A DNA stretch of 64,000 nt from a candidate division FCPU426 bacterium (GCA_963796105.1 CAWCKJ010000004.1:832001-896000), one strand, 5' to 3'; shown: positions 50,953 through 61,690, counted from the stretch's first letter. Made by a program: numbers and translations. The notes: generated by a model from the letters alone, not told the origin.

Positions 50953-53523
50953 ATGGCCAGGCCTCGAAAGAAAAAAGGAAACAAAGCCCAGGACCCGGAA
51001 CTTTTCGACGAAAAGACCGAGGAAAAAGCCGAACCGAAACCAAAAACCCCCGAGGCCGCCGCTGGCGGGGGCGAGGACATCAACCGGGGCCGCGTTCACA
51101 CGACGGAAATCGAAGAGGAAATGGAGAATTCCTATCTCGATTACGCCATGAGCGTTATCGTCGGGCGGGCCCTTCCCGACGTGCGCGACGGATTGAAGCC
51201 CGTGCACCGGCGCGTTTTCATGGGCATGCATGACCTAGGCCTCACATCCAAGAAGGCCTACCGCAAATCAGCCAAAGTCACCGGCGATGTCACGGGTAAT
51301 TACCATCCCCACGGGACAGCGTCCGTCTACGACACCATTGTGCGGCTGGCCCAGGATTTTTCCATGCGCTATCCCCTTGTGGATGGACAGGGAAATTTCG
51401 GCTCCGTGGACGGTGATCCTCCCGCCGCCGAGCGTTACACCGAAGTGCGCATGTCCCCGCTGGCCGAGGAACTTCTCAAGGACATCGACAAGAATACCGT
51501 CGAATTCGTGCCAAACTACGATAACACCCGCATGGAGCCGGTGGTTCTTCCCTGCGCCTTCCCGAATTTCCTGGTGAACGGAAGCCAGGGAATCGCCGTC
51601 GGGATGGCCACCAACGTTCCACCGCACAACCTCGGTGAAGTGATCGACGGTCTTATCCACTTGATCGAGCATCCGGAAGCAACGGTGAAGGAGTTGACCC
51701 AGTTCATCAAGGGGCCGGATTTCCCGACTGGCGGCTACATCCTGGGCCGGGAAGGCATTGTCGAGGCCTACAACACCGGGCGCGGAAGCATCCGTCTGCA
51801 GGCCAAAGCCGGCGTGGAAACGGCCAAGAAAGACCGGGAAAGAATCATCGTCAGTGAAATCCCCTACCAGGTCAACAAAGCCCAGCTCATCGAGAGAATC
51901 GCGGAGATGGTCCGGGACAAAAAGATCGAGGGCATCTCCGATCTTCGGGATGAATCCGACCGTGACGGAATGCGCATTGTCATCGAAGTCTCTAAAAGCG
52001 TAAATTCGCAGGTTCTACTGAACAACCTGCTCACCCAGACATCCTTGAGGACCTCCTTTGGAGTCATCATGCTGGCTTTGGTGAACGGCCAGCCGCGGGT
52101 CCTGAACCTCAAGGGTCTTTTGCACCATTACCTGGAGCACCGCAAGGACGTCGTGGTCCGCCGGACGAAGTTCGAGCTGGACAAGGCCGAGAAACGAGCC
52201 CACATCCTGGAGGGCCTTCGCATCGCGGTGGACAACCTGGACAAGGTCATTAAGACCATCCGTGCCTCCAAATCCACCGAGGACGCCAAAGCGGCCCTCA
52301 TCAAGAGTTTCGACCTTTCCCCCATCCAGGCCCAAGCTATCCTGGAAATGCAATTGCGGCAGTTGACCAACCTCGAGATCAAAAAAATCGAGGATGAGTA
52401 CAAAGAAATCATCAAGACCATCGAGGTTTTGAAAGGCATACTCGCCTCCGAGAAGAAGCTTTGGCAGGTCATCCGTGAGGAACTGACGGAAATTAGGACA
52501 AAATACGCAGATCCCCGCCGCACCGAGATCATCGGCAAGGCCGAGGACATGAAAATCGAGGACCTAATCGAGGATGAGAACTCAGTCATCTCCCTTTCCC
52601 ACGGGGGCTACATCAAGCGCATGCCGGTGGACACCTACCAAAAACAACGCCGGGGAGGGAAGGGAATCACGGGCTCCACCATGAAGGAGGAGGATTTCAT
52701 CGAGCGCATGTACGCGGCCTCCACCCATGATTTCCTGCTTATCTTCACGAATTTCGGAAAAGTTCATTGGCTGAAAGTATACGAGATCCCCGAGGCGTCC
52801 CGTTACGCCAAGGGGACCGCCCTGGCCAACGTCTTGAAACTCGGAGAGAACGAAAAAATCGCCACGGTGCTTCCGGTCAAGGAGTTCAATGAGAAAAACG
52901 CCGTGCTCATGGCCACCGCGCTGGGCCTCATTAAAAACACGGCCCTCTCGGCCTTTGACAAACCCAGGGCGGGGGGCATCATCGCTATTACTCTTTCCAA
53001 AGGCGACAGCCTGGTTTCCGCCGAGATCACCGACGGCAAAAAGGAAATTCTTTTGGCGACCCGGCAGGGGAAAAGCATCCGCTTCCAGGAAAAAGAAGTC
53101 CGGGAGGTAGGCAGGGCGGGAAAAGGGGTCAAGGGAATCAGGCTTGGAAAGAACGACCTGGTGATCGGCATGGAAGTGATGAAGGAAGGAAAGTCCCTCT
53201 TGACCGCGACGGAAAGGGGCTTCGGAAAGAGGACCAAGCTTTCCGCTTACCGAAGACAAGGCCGGGGCGGAAAAGGCATATTAAACATTAAAACCACGGC
53301 CAAAAACGGCCTGGCGATCGGGACTCTCACGGTGGGGGACGAGGACGAAATCATCGCCATGACGGCCTCCGGTAAGGTCATCCGCCAAAGAGTCAAGGAA
53401 ATCAAGACCACGGGAAGGTTGGCGCAGGGCGTCCGTTTGATTAAAATGACCGATGACGACCGCTTGGTCTCGGTTGTGAACGTGCCTAAAGAAGAGGAAG
53501 AAGGAGAAGCTGGTGAAAAGTAA
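50953..53523 (+). CDS. gyrA: DNA gyrase subunit A
   Basis: RALPDVRDGLKPV, YHPHG, AAERYTE active-site Tyr, GyrA box QRRGGKG. Confidence 0.98.
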   Translation: MARPRKKKGNKAQDPELFDEKTEEKAEPKPKTPEAAAGGGEDINRGRVHTTEIEEEMENSYLDYAMSVIVGRALPDVRDGLKPVHRRVFMGMHDLGLTSKKAYRKSAKVTGDVTGNYHPHGTASVYDTIVRLAQDFSMRYPLVDGQGNFGSVDGDPPAAERYTEVRMSPLAEELLKDIDKNTVEFVPNYDNTRMEPVVLPCAFPNFLVNGSQGIAVGMATNVPPHNLGEVIDGLIHLIEHPEATVKELTQFIKGPDFPTGGYILGREGIVEAYNTGRGSIRLQAKAGVETAKKDRERIIVSEIPYQVNKAQLIERIAEMVRDKKIEGISDLRDESDRDGMRIVIEVSKSVNSQVLLNNLLTQTSLRTSFGVIMLALVNGQPRVLNLKGLLHHYLEHRKDVVVRRTKFELDKAEKRAHILEGLRIAVDNLDKVIKTIRASKSTEDAKAALIKSFDLSPIQAQAILEMQLRQLTNLEIKKIEDEYKEIIKTIEVLKGILASEKKLWQVIREELTEIRTKYADPRRTEIIGKAEDMKIEDLIEDENSVISLSHGGYIKRMPVDTYQKQRRGGKGITGSTMKEEDFIERMYAASTHDFLLIFTNFGKVHWLKVYEIPEASRYAKGTALANVLKLGENEKIATVLPVKEFNEKNAVLMATALGLIKNTALSAFDKPRAGGIIAITLSKGDSLVSAEITDGKKEILLATRQGKSIRFQEKEVREVGRAGKGVKGIRLGKNDLVIGMEVMKEGKSLLTATERGFGKRTKLSAYRRQGRGGKGILNIKTTAKNGLAIGTLTVGDEDEIIAMTASGKVIRQRVKEIKTTGRLAQGVRLIKMTDDDRLVSVVNVPKEEEEGEAGEK

Positions 53524-56500
53524 ATATTGGCTGACCCTTATCTTTATTGGAATTGTGCCGGTCCTGGCCTTGTCAGGTTTTTATGTTTGGATGCTTTTCA
53601 ACCAGAGCCAGGTCCAGGCCCCCCAGCCTCCTTCGGGCGCCAAACATACGATTCAAACTTCCATCGACTCCCTCAAGGCTGATGTCCAATCCATCGCTAG
53701 TTCCTTGCTCGACGGCATCAAGAAAACACACGACGATATCAACACATTGTCCGTCCACAACTCGGATGCGGACTTATCCACGTTCAAATCCACCCACCCC
53801 GGCGTCGAGTACATCCTGGTTCTGTCGTCCTTGGGGAGCCTGCAGAAAAGTTTTCCCACGAACTCTTCATTGGCCGACCCCAGTTACGGCAATTCCGACG
53901 AGTTCAAGAATATACTGGAGAAATTCAAAAACAAACCCGGGGAAGCTTACCAGTTTTATTCCCAAAGGCTTGGTTATCCCGCGTTCATCTTCGCGCTTCC
54001 CCTATCCGCGAATACCATCCTGGAAGTTGTCTTCAACTTAGGAAGATTTTTCAAGAGCATGGACGCCATCAGCGGAGATTACTTTCTTTTGGACGCCGGC
54101 TCCGGCCGGTATTTTTACCACTCCAACCCCTCCAAACTTTCCGAGACATTTAATAAAAACCAGGAGCCTTGGCTGAATAAGGTGGTTGCCGATCTTAATG
54201 ACGGCAAGACGGATTCTTCCATCGAGCCTGACCAGGGGAGCGCGGCCGTTTACGCGCCCTTGGGTATCGCTAAATTCGGGGTGGTCCACACGGTTCCTTT
54301 TTCCGTTCTTCAGCCTCCGGAGAAGGTCTCCAAGCCCTCAGCCCAGTATTCTTTGGAAAACCTTCCGCAATTTTTCCAATCGCCCACTGGCATGGAGCTG
54401 ATGATCGCCTTGTTTGTCCTCCTGGCGTGGGTATTCATCGTGGGCGCCCTTTGCTTCGGCATGATCTTAAAACCCCTGCGGAAAGCCTCCGGGCTTATCT
54501 TGAACGCCTCCCAAGGAAGCGGGAAGCTAGCCCCGGAAGCCGTGAGATCGTTCGGGAATGACGAGGTGGGCCAAGTCCTCCAATCCGCGTCCCTTTTAAT
54601 GGCGAAGCTGGAAAAGGAAAAAACCCAAATCAACGAGGAATCTGAGGACGCCCTCCGGCGGGCGCGCTCTCAAATGGATGAGAAAACCAAGGAAGCCGAG
54701 TCACAGGTCGCTTCCGCCCAGCAGCAAGCCCAAACGACCCGAAACGAGCTAAGCGAGAAAAACCAGATGTTAAGCGATAAGTTGAGGGAACTGGACGCCT
54801 TGAAGAACATGTCCGAGGGCCTCCGCAACCAGGTCGAGCAAACCAAGGCGGACAATTCCAAGTTCAAGGCGCAAATTTCCTCCGCCGAGCAGGAAAAAGC
54901 GGACTTTCAGCAGAAGAACTCGGACCTGCAGGCCAAACTCCATGAGATGGAAAACAAACTCCTGTTGGCGGTATCAGCCTCATCGGCCATCCAGGTCTCC
55001 CAAGTCCGCGCGGCCGCGATCCGGACCATGGCGGAGGAGTTCAAGACCACGCTGGGAATCATCAAAGGCTACGTTTCCTCGGCCCTGGGATCAGCCCAAG
55101 GGGGGATCAGCGAGAAACAGCAGGAATTCCTTGGAATGGTCATCAACCGGTCCGCTCGCCTGGAAAAATTCATCAATGATCTCCTGGACGTGTACCAGGT
55201 CGAGGTGGAAATGGAGGACGCCAAGAGGGAAGAAGTCAACCTGGCCGCGGAGATCGAGGGCCTGGCCTTCAATTTCCAGGCTCAAGCCGAGGTGAAGAAC
55301 ATCAAACTGAGGGTGGAGGCCAAACCCAATCTTCCGGCTGTCCCGATCGTGCGAAGGCGCTTCAACCAGCTTTGGAACATCCTTTACCTGCAAGTCATCA
55401 AGGACGCCCCCCGTGGATCGGCTATTCCCATCACGGTGGAATCCCTTGGGGACAATCTCAAGGTCACCTTTCCCGATCCCGGATTAATCGTTGCCCCGGA
55501 CAAGCTTCCAAAACTCTTCGACGAATTTTACGATCCGAAACATCCGGCCTCTCCTCAACTAGCCGGAACGGGACTGAAGTTCGCCTTGGTGAAAACCATC
55601 CTCGGAGCCCACGGGGGAGGGGCGGTCGCGGAAAAGGGGGAAACAGGAACCCTTCTCATCCTGACATTCCCCACGAAGATTAAAAAACCCGGGGAGACGC
55701 CCGTCGCGGCCCCGGCCCCATCCGTGGCAAAGCCTTCCAGCCCGGCCGCTTCTCCCCTCAAGAGCGCTGGGCAGGGAATAGGAGCGGGCAAGCCCGGATT
55801 GATTTTCCCCCCGATGGGATCACCCAAACCTCCCTCCGCCGGAACCCCGTTGGTTACCCCTAAAACCGGAGGCGCCGGCGGAGCCATGGATTCCCTCTTG
55901 GCCGGGAAAATTCCCCCCGTAACGGCTCAACCCCTCAAACCCGCGGGAGCCCCCTCCGGTTCGTCCACAGCGCCTCATAAAGCGGATGAGGGGTCGGATT
56001 TATCCGACATCTTCGCGGGGATTGGAAAAGTGGCGCCTCCTCCGCCTCCTGTTCCCAAGCCAACAGGGCCAGTTCCCGTGAGTCCATCCCCTATTTCGGC
56101 CCCGAAACCCCCTGTTTCCGGGGCATCGGCCCCCAAACCGGCGGCTCCCCCTATGTCCAACATTTCCAACGTTTTGGATTCCCTTTTAGGCAACAAGGAA
56201 GGGGCCCCTCAACAGGGTGGAATCGGCACTCCTCCCCCGGCGGCTCCCAAACCAGTGGCGCCTCCGCCGCCCAAGGTGGTTCCCACCAATTTGAAACCGA
56301 CGGCTCCCCCCTCCGGTATTTTAGACATGGATACTTTGGATACCGTCAAGTTGGACGCGATTCCGGCACCTCCTAAGGTTCCCCTTCCCCCGGGAGTGAA
56401 GCCTCCGGCTCCCCCTATCATGCCGCCGGGAGGACTCAACGCCAATAAGCCAATCGTGAAGGACATCAACAAGGAAGGGGATGGGGAATTGATAGAGTAA
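53513..56500 (+). CDS. Membrane sensor-kinase-like protein with degenerate HisKA/HATPase, coiled coil and Pro-rich tail
   Basis: TM, periplasmic domain, TM, HAMP-like (PLR...DEVGQV), coiled coil, then AEEFKTTLGIIKGY...FINDLLD...LFDEFY...GTGL; about 270-aa Pro-rich C-terminus. Confidence 0.8.
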   Translation: MKSKYWLTLIFIGIVPVLALSGFYVWMLFNQSQVQAPQPPSGAKHTIQTSIDSLKADVQSIASSLLDGIKKTHDDINTLSVHNSDADLSTFKSTHPGVEYILVLSSLGSLQKSFPTNSSLADPSYGNSDEFKNILEKFKNKPGEAYQFYSQRLGYPAFIFALPLSANTILEVVFNLGRFFKSMDAISGDYFLLDAGSGRYFYHSNPSKLSETFNKNQEPWLNKVVADLNDGKTDSSIEPDQGSAAVYAPLGIAKFGVVHTVPFSVLQPPEKVSKPSAQYSLENLPQFFQSPTGMELMIALFVLLAWVFIVGALCFGMILKPLRKASGLILNASQGSGKLAPEAVRSFGNDEVGQVLQSASLLMAKLEKEKTQINEESEDALRRARSQMDEKTKEAESQVASAQQQAQTTRNELSEKNQMLSDKLRELDALKNMSEGLRNQVEQTKADNSKFKAQISSAEQEKADFQQKNSDLQAKLHEMENKLLLAVSASSAIQVSQVRAAAIRTMAEEFKTTLGIIKGYVSSALGSAQGGISEKQQEFLGMVINRSARLEKFINDLLDVYQVEVEMEDAKREEVNLAAEIEGLAFNFQAQAEVKNIKLRVEAKPNLPAVPIVRRRFNQLWNILYLQVIKDAPRGSAIPITVESLGDNLKVTFPDPGLIVAPDKLPKLFDEFYDPKHPASPQLAGTGLKFALVKTILGAHGGGAVAEKGETGTLLILTFPTKIKKPGETPVAAPAPSVAKPSSPAASPLKSAGQGIGAGKPGLIFPPMGSPKPPSAGTPLVTPKTGGAGGAMDSLLAGKIPPVTAQPLKPAGAPSGSSTAPHKADEGSDLSDIFAGIGKVAPPPPPVPKPTGPVPVSPSPISAPKPPVSGASAPKPAAPPMSNISNVLDSLLGNKEGAPQQGGIGTPPPAAPKPVAPPPPKVVPTNLKPTAPPSGILDMDTLDTVKLDAIPAPPKVPLPPGVKPPAPPIMPPGGLNANKPIVKDINKEGDGELIE

Positions 56501-56530
56501 TTCCCTTGATCCGAATTTGAATCATCAGGA

Positions 56531-56558
56531 AAAGACCCTGTTCCAGCAGGGTTTTTTC
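56531..56558 (+). terminator. Intrinsic terminator
   Basis: GACCCTG-loop-CAGGGTT followed by a T run. Confidence 0.7.
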
Positions 56559-56643
56559 ATTTCCGCAGGAACACATAAAGCGCCAAAGGTAAAAAGGAAT
56601 TTTAAAAGTCCATTTTTAACAATCTAACTTATAAGTTGAGACC

Positions 56644-57564
56644 ATGATTCCAACATCGATAACCCGGAAATATATTTCCCCGGCAAAAAGCCGGTATCCC
56701 CTGGCCAAGGAAATCCTTCGGAAAAGACTCCGTTCTTATAACGCCGGGATCATCGGGCCCCGCAGGATGAGACTTCTGGGCGTCGGGATTAAAAGCCCCG
56801 GGGGACGGGTCGTGGGGGCCTTGACCGGTTACAGGGTCGGCGATTGGTTTTATATCAGCCAGATGTGGATTGACCGCGGGTATCGCGGGCGGGGATTAGG
56901 AACCTGGGTGGTTCAAAAGGCCGAGAAGGAAGCTTTTAAAAGAGGCTGCCGGCACGCCTTCCTGGAAACCATCAGTTTTCAAGCGCCGGGGTTTTATTCC
57001 AAGCTGGGCTACAAGCCATTCGGGAGCCTGAAGAATTGCCCGGAAGGTTTTTCCTTCCATTGTTTTTTCAAGCGGTTGAGGAGCAATAAAAACCCCGCGG
57101 CCGGCAGCCATGCGCCGGAAAAAAGGAGAAAGGCTTTACCGGGTTTTAAGCTGTTTTCGGGCGGTGGATTCGAGGTCCGAAAAGCCAGGGATTTGATCCA
57201 AAAGCGCTTGGATTCTTTCAATTTCCGGAAAACGGGAAGGTCCCATTACAAGGAACTTTGGCTGGAGGTCCGGAATAAGAAGGGACGCCTGGTGGGAGGA
57301 TTGTCCGGAAGCACTTTCTGGGGTTGGCTGCAACTCGACTTGTTGTGGGCGGACCTTGGGGCCCGAGGTCAAGGTTTTGGGAAGAAAATGATCCTCATGG
57401 CGGAAAGCGAGGCCCTCAAGAGGGATTCGCCTAATGTTTACTTGAAATTTTACAGTTTCCAATCCGAGGGATTTTTCAAAAAGCTGGGGTATCGGGCTTT
57501 CGCCCGGTTGAGGGGGTTCCCAAAAGGATATTCCTATTGTTATTACTTCAAAAAGCTAAAATAA
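56644..57564 (+). CDS. Tandem double-GNAT acetyltransferase
   Basis: Two repeats of VGGL.G....W......W....RG.G.G...AE.EA..R......SFQ..GF..KLGY. Confidence 0.85.
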   Translation: MIPTSITRKYISPAKSRYPLAKEILRKRLRSYNAGIIGPRRMRLLGVGIKSPGGRVVGALTGYRVGDWFYISQMWIDRGYRGRGLGTWVVQKAEKEAFKRGCRHAFLETISFQAPGFYSKLGYKPFGSLKNCPEGFSFHCFFKRLRSNKNPAAGSHAPEKRRKALPGFKLFSGGGFEVRKARDLIQKRLDSFNFRKTGRSHYKELWLEVRNKKGRLVGGLSGSTFWGWLQLDLLWADLGARGQGFGKKMILMAESEALKRDSPNVYLKFYSFQSEGFFKKLGYRAFARLRGFPKGYSYCYYFKKLK

Positions 57565-57622
57565 CCGTAGGATGAACCGTCATCCCGGGAAACCGGACGA
57601 TCGTTCGGAACAAAGGAATGTA

Positions 57623-58666
57623 GTGAGTCAACCCAACAAAAAAATCATCGTGGTTTTGTTCCTCTTCGTCGCGGGGATCATGATCCTGGGGCTTGTGACC
57701 GCCTTCTTCAGCGACCTGCCGAAACTCGCCGGGGTTTTTCATTCCATAAAAATAGAGCCCCTTCTCTTTTCCTTGATGTGCACCTCCACCGCGTACCTGG
57801 CTTTCACCCTGTCCTTCAGCAGTCTCTTTAAGATGACGCCTTACCAAGTCCCATTCGGGAAGTTTTTTTCCATCATGTTCATCTCCGCCACCATCAACTT
57901 CATCCTTTCCTCCGGCGGCTGGGCTGGCATCGCCCTCCGGTCCTTTCTTTTGAAACAGCATAAGATCCCCTACTCGGTCACGGTTCCCCTATCCTTCGCG
58001 CAAAACATGGTTTTCAACCTGGTGCTTTCCTGCGTGTGTTTCGGGGGTCTGGTGTTTCTCCGCCAGCACCCGGAGTTTATCGGGGGCTCCCGGGAATACA
58101 TCATCCTGATGTTCATGCTGGGCCTGGTCCTGCTCGTGGGGACCATGGTCCTGATCTTCATGAACGGCTCCTTCCGCCGGTGGTTCCTGCGGCAGGTCCT
58201 TCGCATCGCCCATGGGTTCAACCATAAAATCCTCCGGCGGGAATCGAACAACCAAAGGCTCGTGGAAATCCGAAACAACCTGGACGAAACCATCCGGTAT
58301 TTCCACAAGGGGAAACTTCAGCTCCTGGTGGTCTTGTTCTGGGTCTCGATGGACTGGTGTTTCACGGCGCTGGTCCTTTATTTTTGTTTCCAATCCGTGG
58401 GCGTGGACCTGCCTCCGGGGCTTCTCATGGTGGGCTTCACCATTTTTTTCCTGACGTCCAACATCAATCCCGTCCCCGCCGGTTTGGGGGTCAGCGAGGT
58501 CGCCCTCGCCGGGGCCTTCAGCCTCTTGGGAGTGGGGTTTGAGAAGGCGATGGTGGCTGCGCTCCTGTTCAGGTTCGTTTTTTTCCTCCTTCCCTTGGCC
58601 GTATCCACGGCCCTTTACCTGGATACCATGAGAAGTTTCCTTCTCAACCAAGCACGGGAGTCTTAA
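57623..58666 (+). CDS. UPF0104 / LPG-synthase TM (flippase-like) membrane protein
   Basis: Multi-TM; N..LSSGG.AG, PVPAGLGVSE, AALLFR. GTG start assumed. Confidence 0.8.
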   Translation: MSQPNKKIIVVLFLFVAGIMILGLVTAFFSDLPKLAGVFHSIKIEPLLFSLMCTSTAYLAFTLSFSSLFKMTPYQVPFGKFFSIMFISATINFILSSGGWAGIALRSFLLKQHKIPYSVTVPLSFAQNMVFNLVLSCVCFGGLVFLRQHPEFIGGSREYIILMFMLGLVLLVGTMVLIFMNGSFRRWFLRQVLRIAHGFNHKILRRESNNQRLVEIRNNLDETIRYFHKGKLQLLVVLFWVSMDWCFTALVLYFCFQSVGVDLPPGLLMVGFTIFFLTSNINPVPAGLGVSEVALAGAFSLLGVGFEKAMVAALLFRFVFFLLPLAVSTALYLDTMRSFLLNQARES

Positions 58667-58829
58667 GCCGTCCAGAGATTTTTCACCGCTCGGTATCCCG
58701 CCCGTCCCAAGGGTATTCCCAAGAGCCGATATACCATCCCCAGCCGCCAACACACCCAGCCCAAAAGGGCGTCAAAACCCTGTAAATAAGCCATTTCGAA
58801 GGAATTTTGGTATTGAGAACAATTTCCAT

Positions 58830-58858
58830 TTGACGTGATACGAACTGGCTCATATAAT
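58830..58858 (+). promoter_or_regulatory. Sigma70 consensus promoter
   Basis: TTGACG-N17-TATAAT upstream of the sigma factor gene. Confidence 0.7.
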
Positions 58859-58930
58859 CTGTTTAATAGTTAACAGTTAATCGCATTTGCGAATAGAAGG
58901 ACATCTAAGCTTAACATTGGGGAGAAAGAC

Positions 58931-59782
58931 ATGGAAAAATCATCGTTTGTCAGCGAAGAAAAATCAGTCGGGACCTATCTGAAAGAGATAGCCAGGATTT
59001 CTCTTTTGACTCCCGAGGAAGAAAAGTCCATCAGCCGCAGCGCCCGGAAGGGTGACGAGGCTGCCATGAACAGGATGGTGGAGTCGAACCTGCGGTTCGT
59101 GGTCTCGGTGGCCAAGGGCTTCCGGAACAGGGGCCTTTCCTTCCTGGACCTCATCAACGAGGGCAACTTGGGATTGATCAAGGCAGCCAAGACCTATGAC
59201 CCCGAGAGGGGCGTAAGGTTCGTCTCCTACGCCGTATGGTGGATCCGCCAGTCCATCCTGGCGGCCATATTGGATAAGGGGAATATGGTGCGCATCCCGC
59301 AGAGCCAATCCAAGAAAATCCGGAAAATCAACAAGCAGGTGGACGCAATGAGGCAAAAAGCCAAGAAGCCCGTTTCGGACCTGGATGTCATGAAGAAAAC
59401 TGGGATCGACCGGGAGACCTTGACCGAGGTCCAGGAATTCGCCTACGGTTACCTGAGCCTGGACACGACCCATATCGGGGAAAGCGAGCGCCCGATCATC
59501 GAGTTCTTGAGGGACCCCAAGGACCAGGAATCCTTCGAGCGGGAAATCATGGACAAGGACCTCTCGGAGAAACTTTGGAAGGCCCTGCAGGTCCTGGACA
59601 AGCGCGACGGACAAATCCTCGTCTGGCGCTACGGCCTCGACGGCCGGGGACAGAAGACCCTGGACGAGATAGGCCAGAAGTTGAAAATTTCCAAGGAAAG
59701 GGTCCGGCAGATCGAGGAGCGGGCCATGAGGAAGGTCCGGGGCTCGAAGGAAGCCGACCACTTGAGGGATTATTTTTCTTGA
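58931..59782 (+). CDS. Sigma70 family factor, RpoD/SigA-like, lacking region 1.1
   Basis: YLKEI...LL..EEE, NLRFVVSVAK, DLINEGNLGL, SYAVWWIRQ, TLDEIG....SKERVRQIE. Confidence 0.92.
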   Translation: MEKSSFVSEEKSVGTYLKEIARISLLTPEEEKSISRSARKGDEAAMNRMVESNLRFVVSVAKGFRNRGLSFLDLINEGNLGLIKAAKTYDPERGVRFVSYAVWWIRQSILAAILDKGNMVRIPQSQSKKIRKINKQVDAMRQKAKKPVSDLDVMKKTGIDRETLTEVQEFAYGYLSLDTTHIGESERPIIEFLRDPKDQESFEREIMDKDLSEKLWKALQVLDKRDGQILVWRYGLDGRGQKTLDEIGQKLKISKERVRQIEERAMRKVRGSKEADHLRDYFS

Positions 59783-59792
59783 GAAAATATAA

Positions 59793-60158
59793 ATGAACGT
59801 CCCCCCAGAACATCCGCTTTACACGATCAGCGTGGTGGCCGAGCTGTTGGGCCTCCATGAGCAGACCATCCGCCAGTACGAGCGGTTAGGTTTGATCTGC
59901 CCCTGCAGGACCATCCGGAAAACCAGGCTCTATTCCCAGTTGGACGTGGAACGGCTCGAAAGCATCACGTACCTCGTCAAAACCTGCGGAGTGAATATTT
60001 CGGGCGTCAAGATCGTCATCAACTTGTCGTCCAATCACCCGGATATCGACGACTTGCTGAGGAAAAAATCCATCACCGCCCAGGCCAAAAAAGAGGCCGG
60101 GCCTGATGAACAACCGGAGGTATTTAATGAGAAACAGAAACGGCAGAAAAAAAAATAA
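59793..60158 (+). CDS. MerR-family regulator, HspR-like
   Basis: PLYTISVVAELLGLHEQTIRQYERLGLI.P.RT...RLYS..D......GVNISGV. Confidence 0.8.
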   Translation: MNVPPEHPLYTISVVAELLGLHEQTIRQYERLGLICPCRTIRKTRLYSQLDVERLESITYLVKTCGVNISGVKIVINLSSNHPDIDDLLRKKSITAQAKKEAGPDEQPEVFNEKQKRQKKK

Positions 60159-61665
60159 GACGGTTTACCGGAAGGCCGCGGTCCTAGCCGCCCTGCTTCT
60201 GGCATGCGCGATTCTTCCCTTTAACGCCGGTTCGGCGACGTTGCGCCTGGGACAAGGGGAGGCCCCGGTGCAGTTGTCGCCCAACAACCCGGCCGTGGCG
60301 CTCCAGAACGCCTTTATCGACGTGGCCGCCGCCATCAGCCCCGCGGTAGTCAATATCAGCGTCGAGTGGACCGAGGATATCCGGGGCTTCAACGATTTCG
60401 GCAACATGGACAATTTCTTCAATTACTTCTTCTACGGGCCCCAGGGCGCGCCCCGCCAAAGGATGTTCAAGCAGAAACAACGCAGCCTGGGGTCGGGGTT
60501 CATCGTGACCGAGGACGGCTATATCATGACCAACGCCCACGTCGTGAGCAAGGCCGAGAAAGTGACGGTCACCCTCGAGGACGGAACTTCCTACCCGGCC
60601 AAGATCATCGGCAAGGACGAGAAAATCGACATCGCCGTGGTGAAGATCGCCGCCGCCGACAAGAAGTTCCCGCATGTAGTTCTGGGCGACTCCGACGCCC
60701 TCAAGGTGGGGGAATGGGCCATCGCGGTGGGAAACCCCTTTGGGCTTGACCATACGGTCACGACCGGCGTCATTTCGGCCAAGGGCAGGAGCGTGGAGAT
60801 CAGCCAGGACCAAGGCATGCAAAACTACATCCAAACCGATGCCTCCATTAACCCTGGGAACTCCGGAGGACCCCTTTGCAACATCAAGGGTGAGGTCATC
60901 GGCATCGACAGCGCCATCTACAGCCAATCGGGGGGCTCCATCGGCATAGGTTTCGCCATCCCCTCCAATATCGCGCGCAAGGCAGCGGAGGACCTCGTCA
61001 ACAAAGGAAAGATCGTCCGCGCTGGCTTGGGGGCCATGATCCAGTCGCTCAACGCCAAAATGGCGAAAAGCTTCGGGTTAACCTCGACGGAGGGCGCGCT
61101 TATTTCCAGCGTCAATCCGGGGAGCGCCGCCGAGAAGGCGGGATTGAAGCCCGGCGACATCATTTTGAAGGTCAACGGAACCCAGGTGGTGAATATGGGG
61201 GATTTGGTGGCCAAGCTCTACACTTACCAGCCAGGCGAGACCGTCCAACTCACGGTCATGCGAAATGGGGCCAGCTCGGAAATTCCCGTGACCCTGCAGG
61301 AATTGGATGAGGCCAGCCTGAAAAAGGGTTCCGGCAAACCGGACGAGGGCGATAAAACCCCCGGCGCTGGCCAAAACGACAACCTAGGCCTGGCCTTCCA
61401 GGACCAGACCGCGGATATCAAGAGCCAGCTTCCGGAAAACGCCCCGAAAGGGCCTGTCATCACCGAGGTGGATCCCCAGGGACCGGCGGCCCAGGCGGGT
61501 TTACAGCAGGGCGACATCATCTTGAACCTGGAAAACACAAAGGTTTATTCCGCGAGCCAATTGACAGTCTTGTTGAAAAAGAGCGATTTGAAGAACGGGG
61601 TCCGCCTATTCGTCTGGCGGGACGGCATGACCCTCTACGCCTTGCTTCAAACGGGGGATGAGTAA
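60127..61665 (+). CDS. DegP/HtrA serine endoprotease with two PDZ domains
   Basis: GSGFI, TNAHV, DIAV, QTDASINPGNSGG; GGAGG before the ATG at 60127. Confidence 0.93.
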   Translation: MRNRNGRKKNKTVYRKAAVLAALLLACAILPFNAGSATLRLGQGEAPVQLSPNNPAVALQNAFIDVAAAISPAVVNISVEWTEDIRGFNDFGNMDNFFNYFFYGPQGAPRQRMFKQKQRSLGSGFIVTEDGYIMTNAHVVSKAEKVTVTLEDGTSYPAKIIGKDEKIDIAVVKIAAADKKFPHVVLGDSDALKVGEWAIAVGNPFGLDHTVTTGVISAKGRSVEISQDQGMQNYIQTDASINPGNSGGPLCNIKGEVIGIDSAIYSQSGGSIGIGFAIPSNIARKAAEDLVNKGKIVRAGLGAMIQSLNAKMAKSFGLTSTEGALISSVNPGSAAEKAGLKPGDIILKVNGTQVVNMGDLVAKLYTYQPGETVQLTVMRNGASSEIPVTLQELDEASLKKGSGKPDEGDKTPGAGQNDNLGLAFQDQTADIKSQLPENAPKGPVITEVDPQGPAAQAGLQQGDIILNLENTKVYSASQLTVLLKKSDLKNGVRLFVWRDGMTLYALLQTGDE

Positions 61666-61690
61666 TAAAAATTTAAAATATCGTAAAATC

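Noticed and set aside
58810..58860. HAIR or CIRCE operator upstream of the sigma-hspR-degP operon
   Set aside because: No match to TTGAGY-N7-ACTCAA or TTAGCACTC-N9-GAGTGCTAA.
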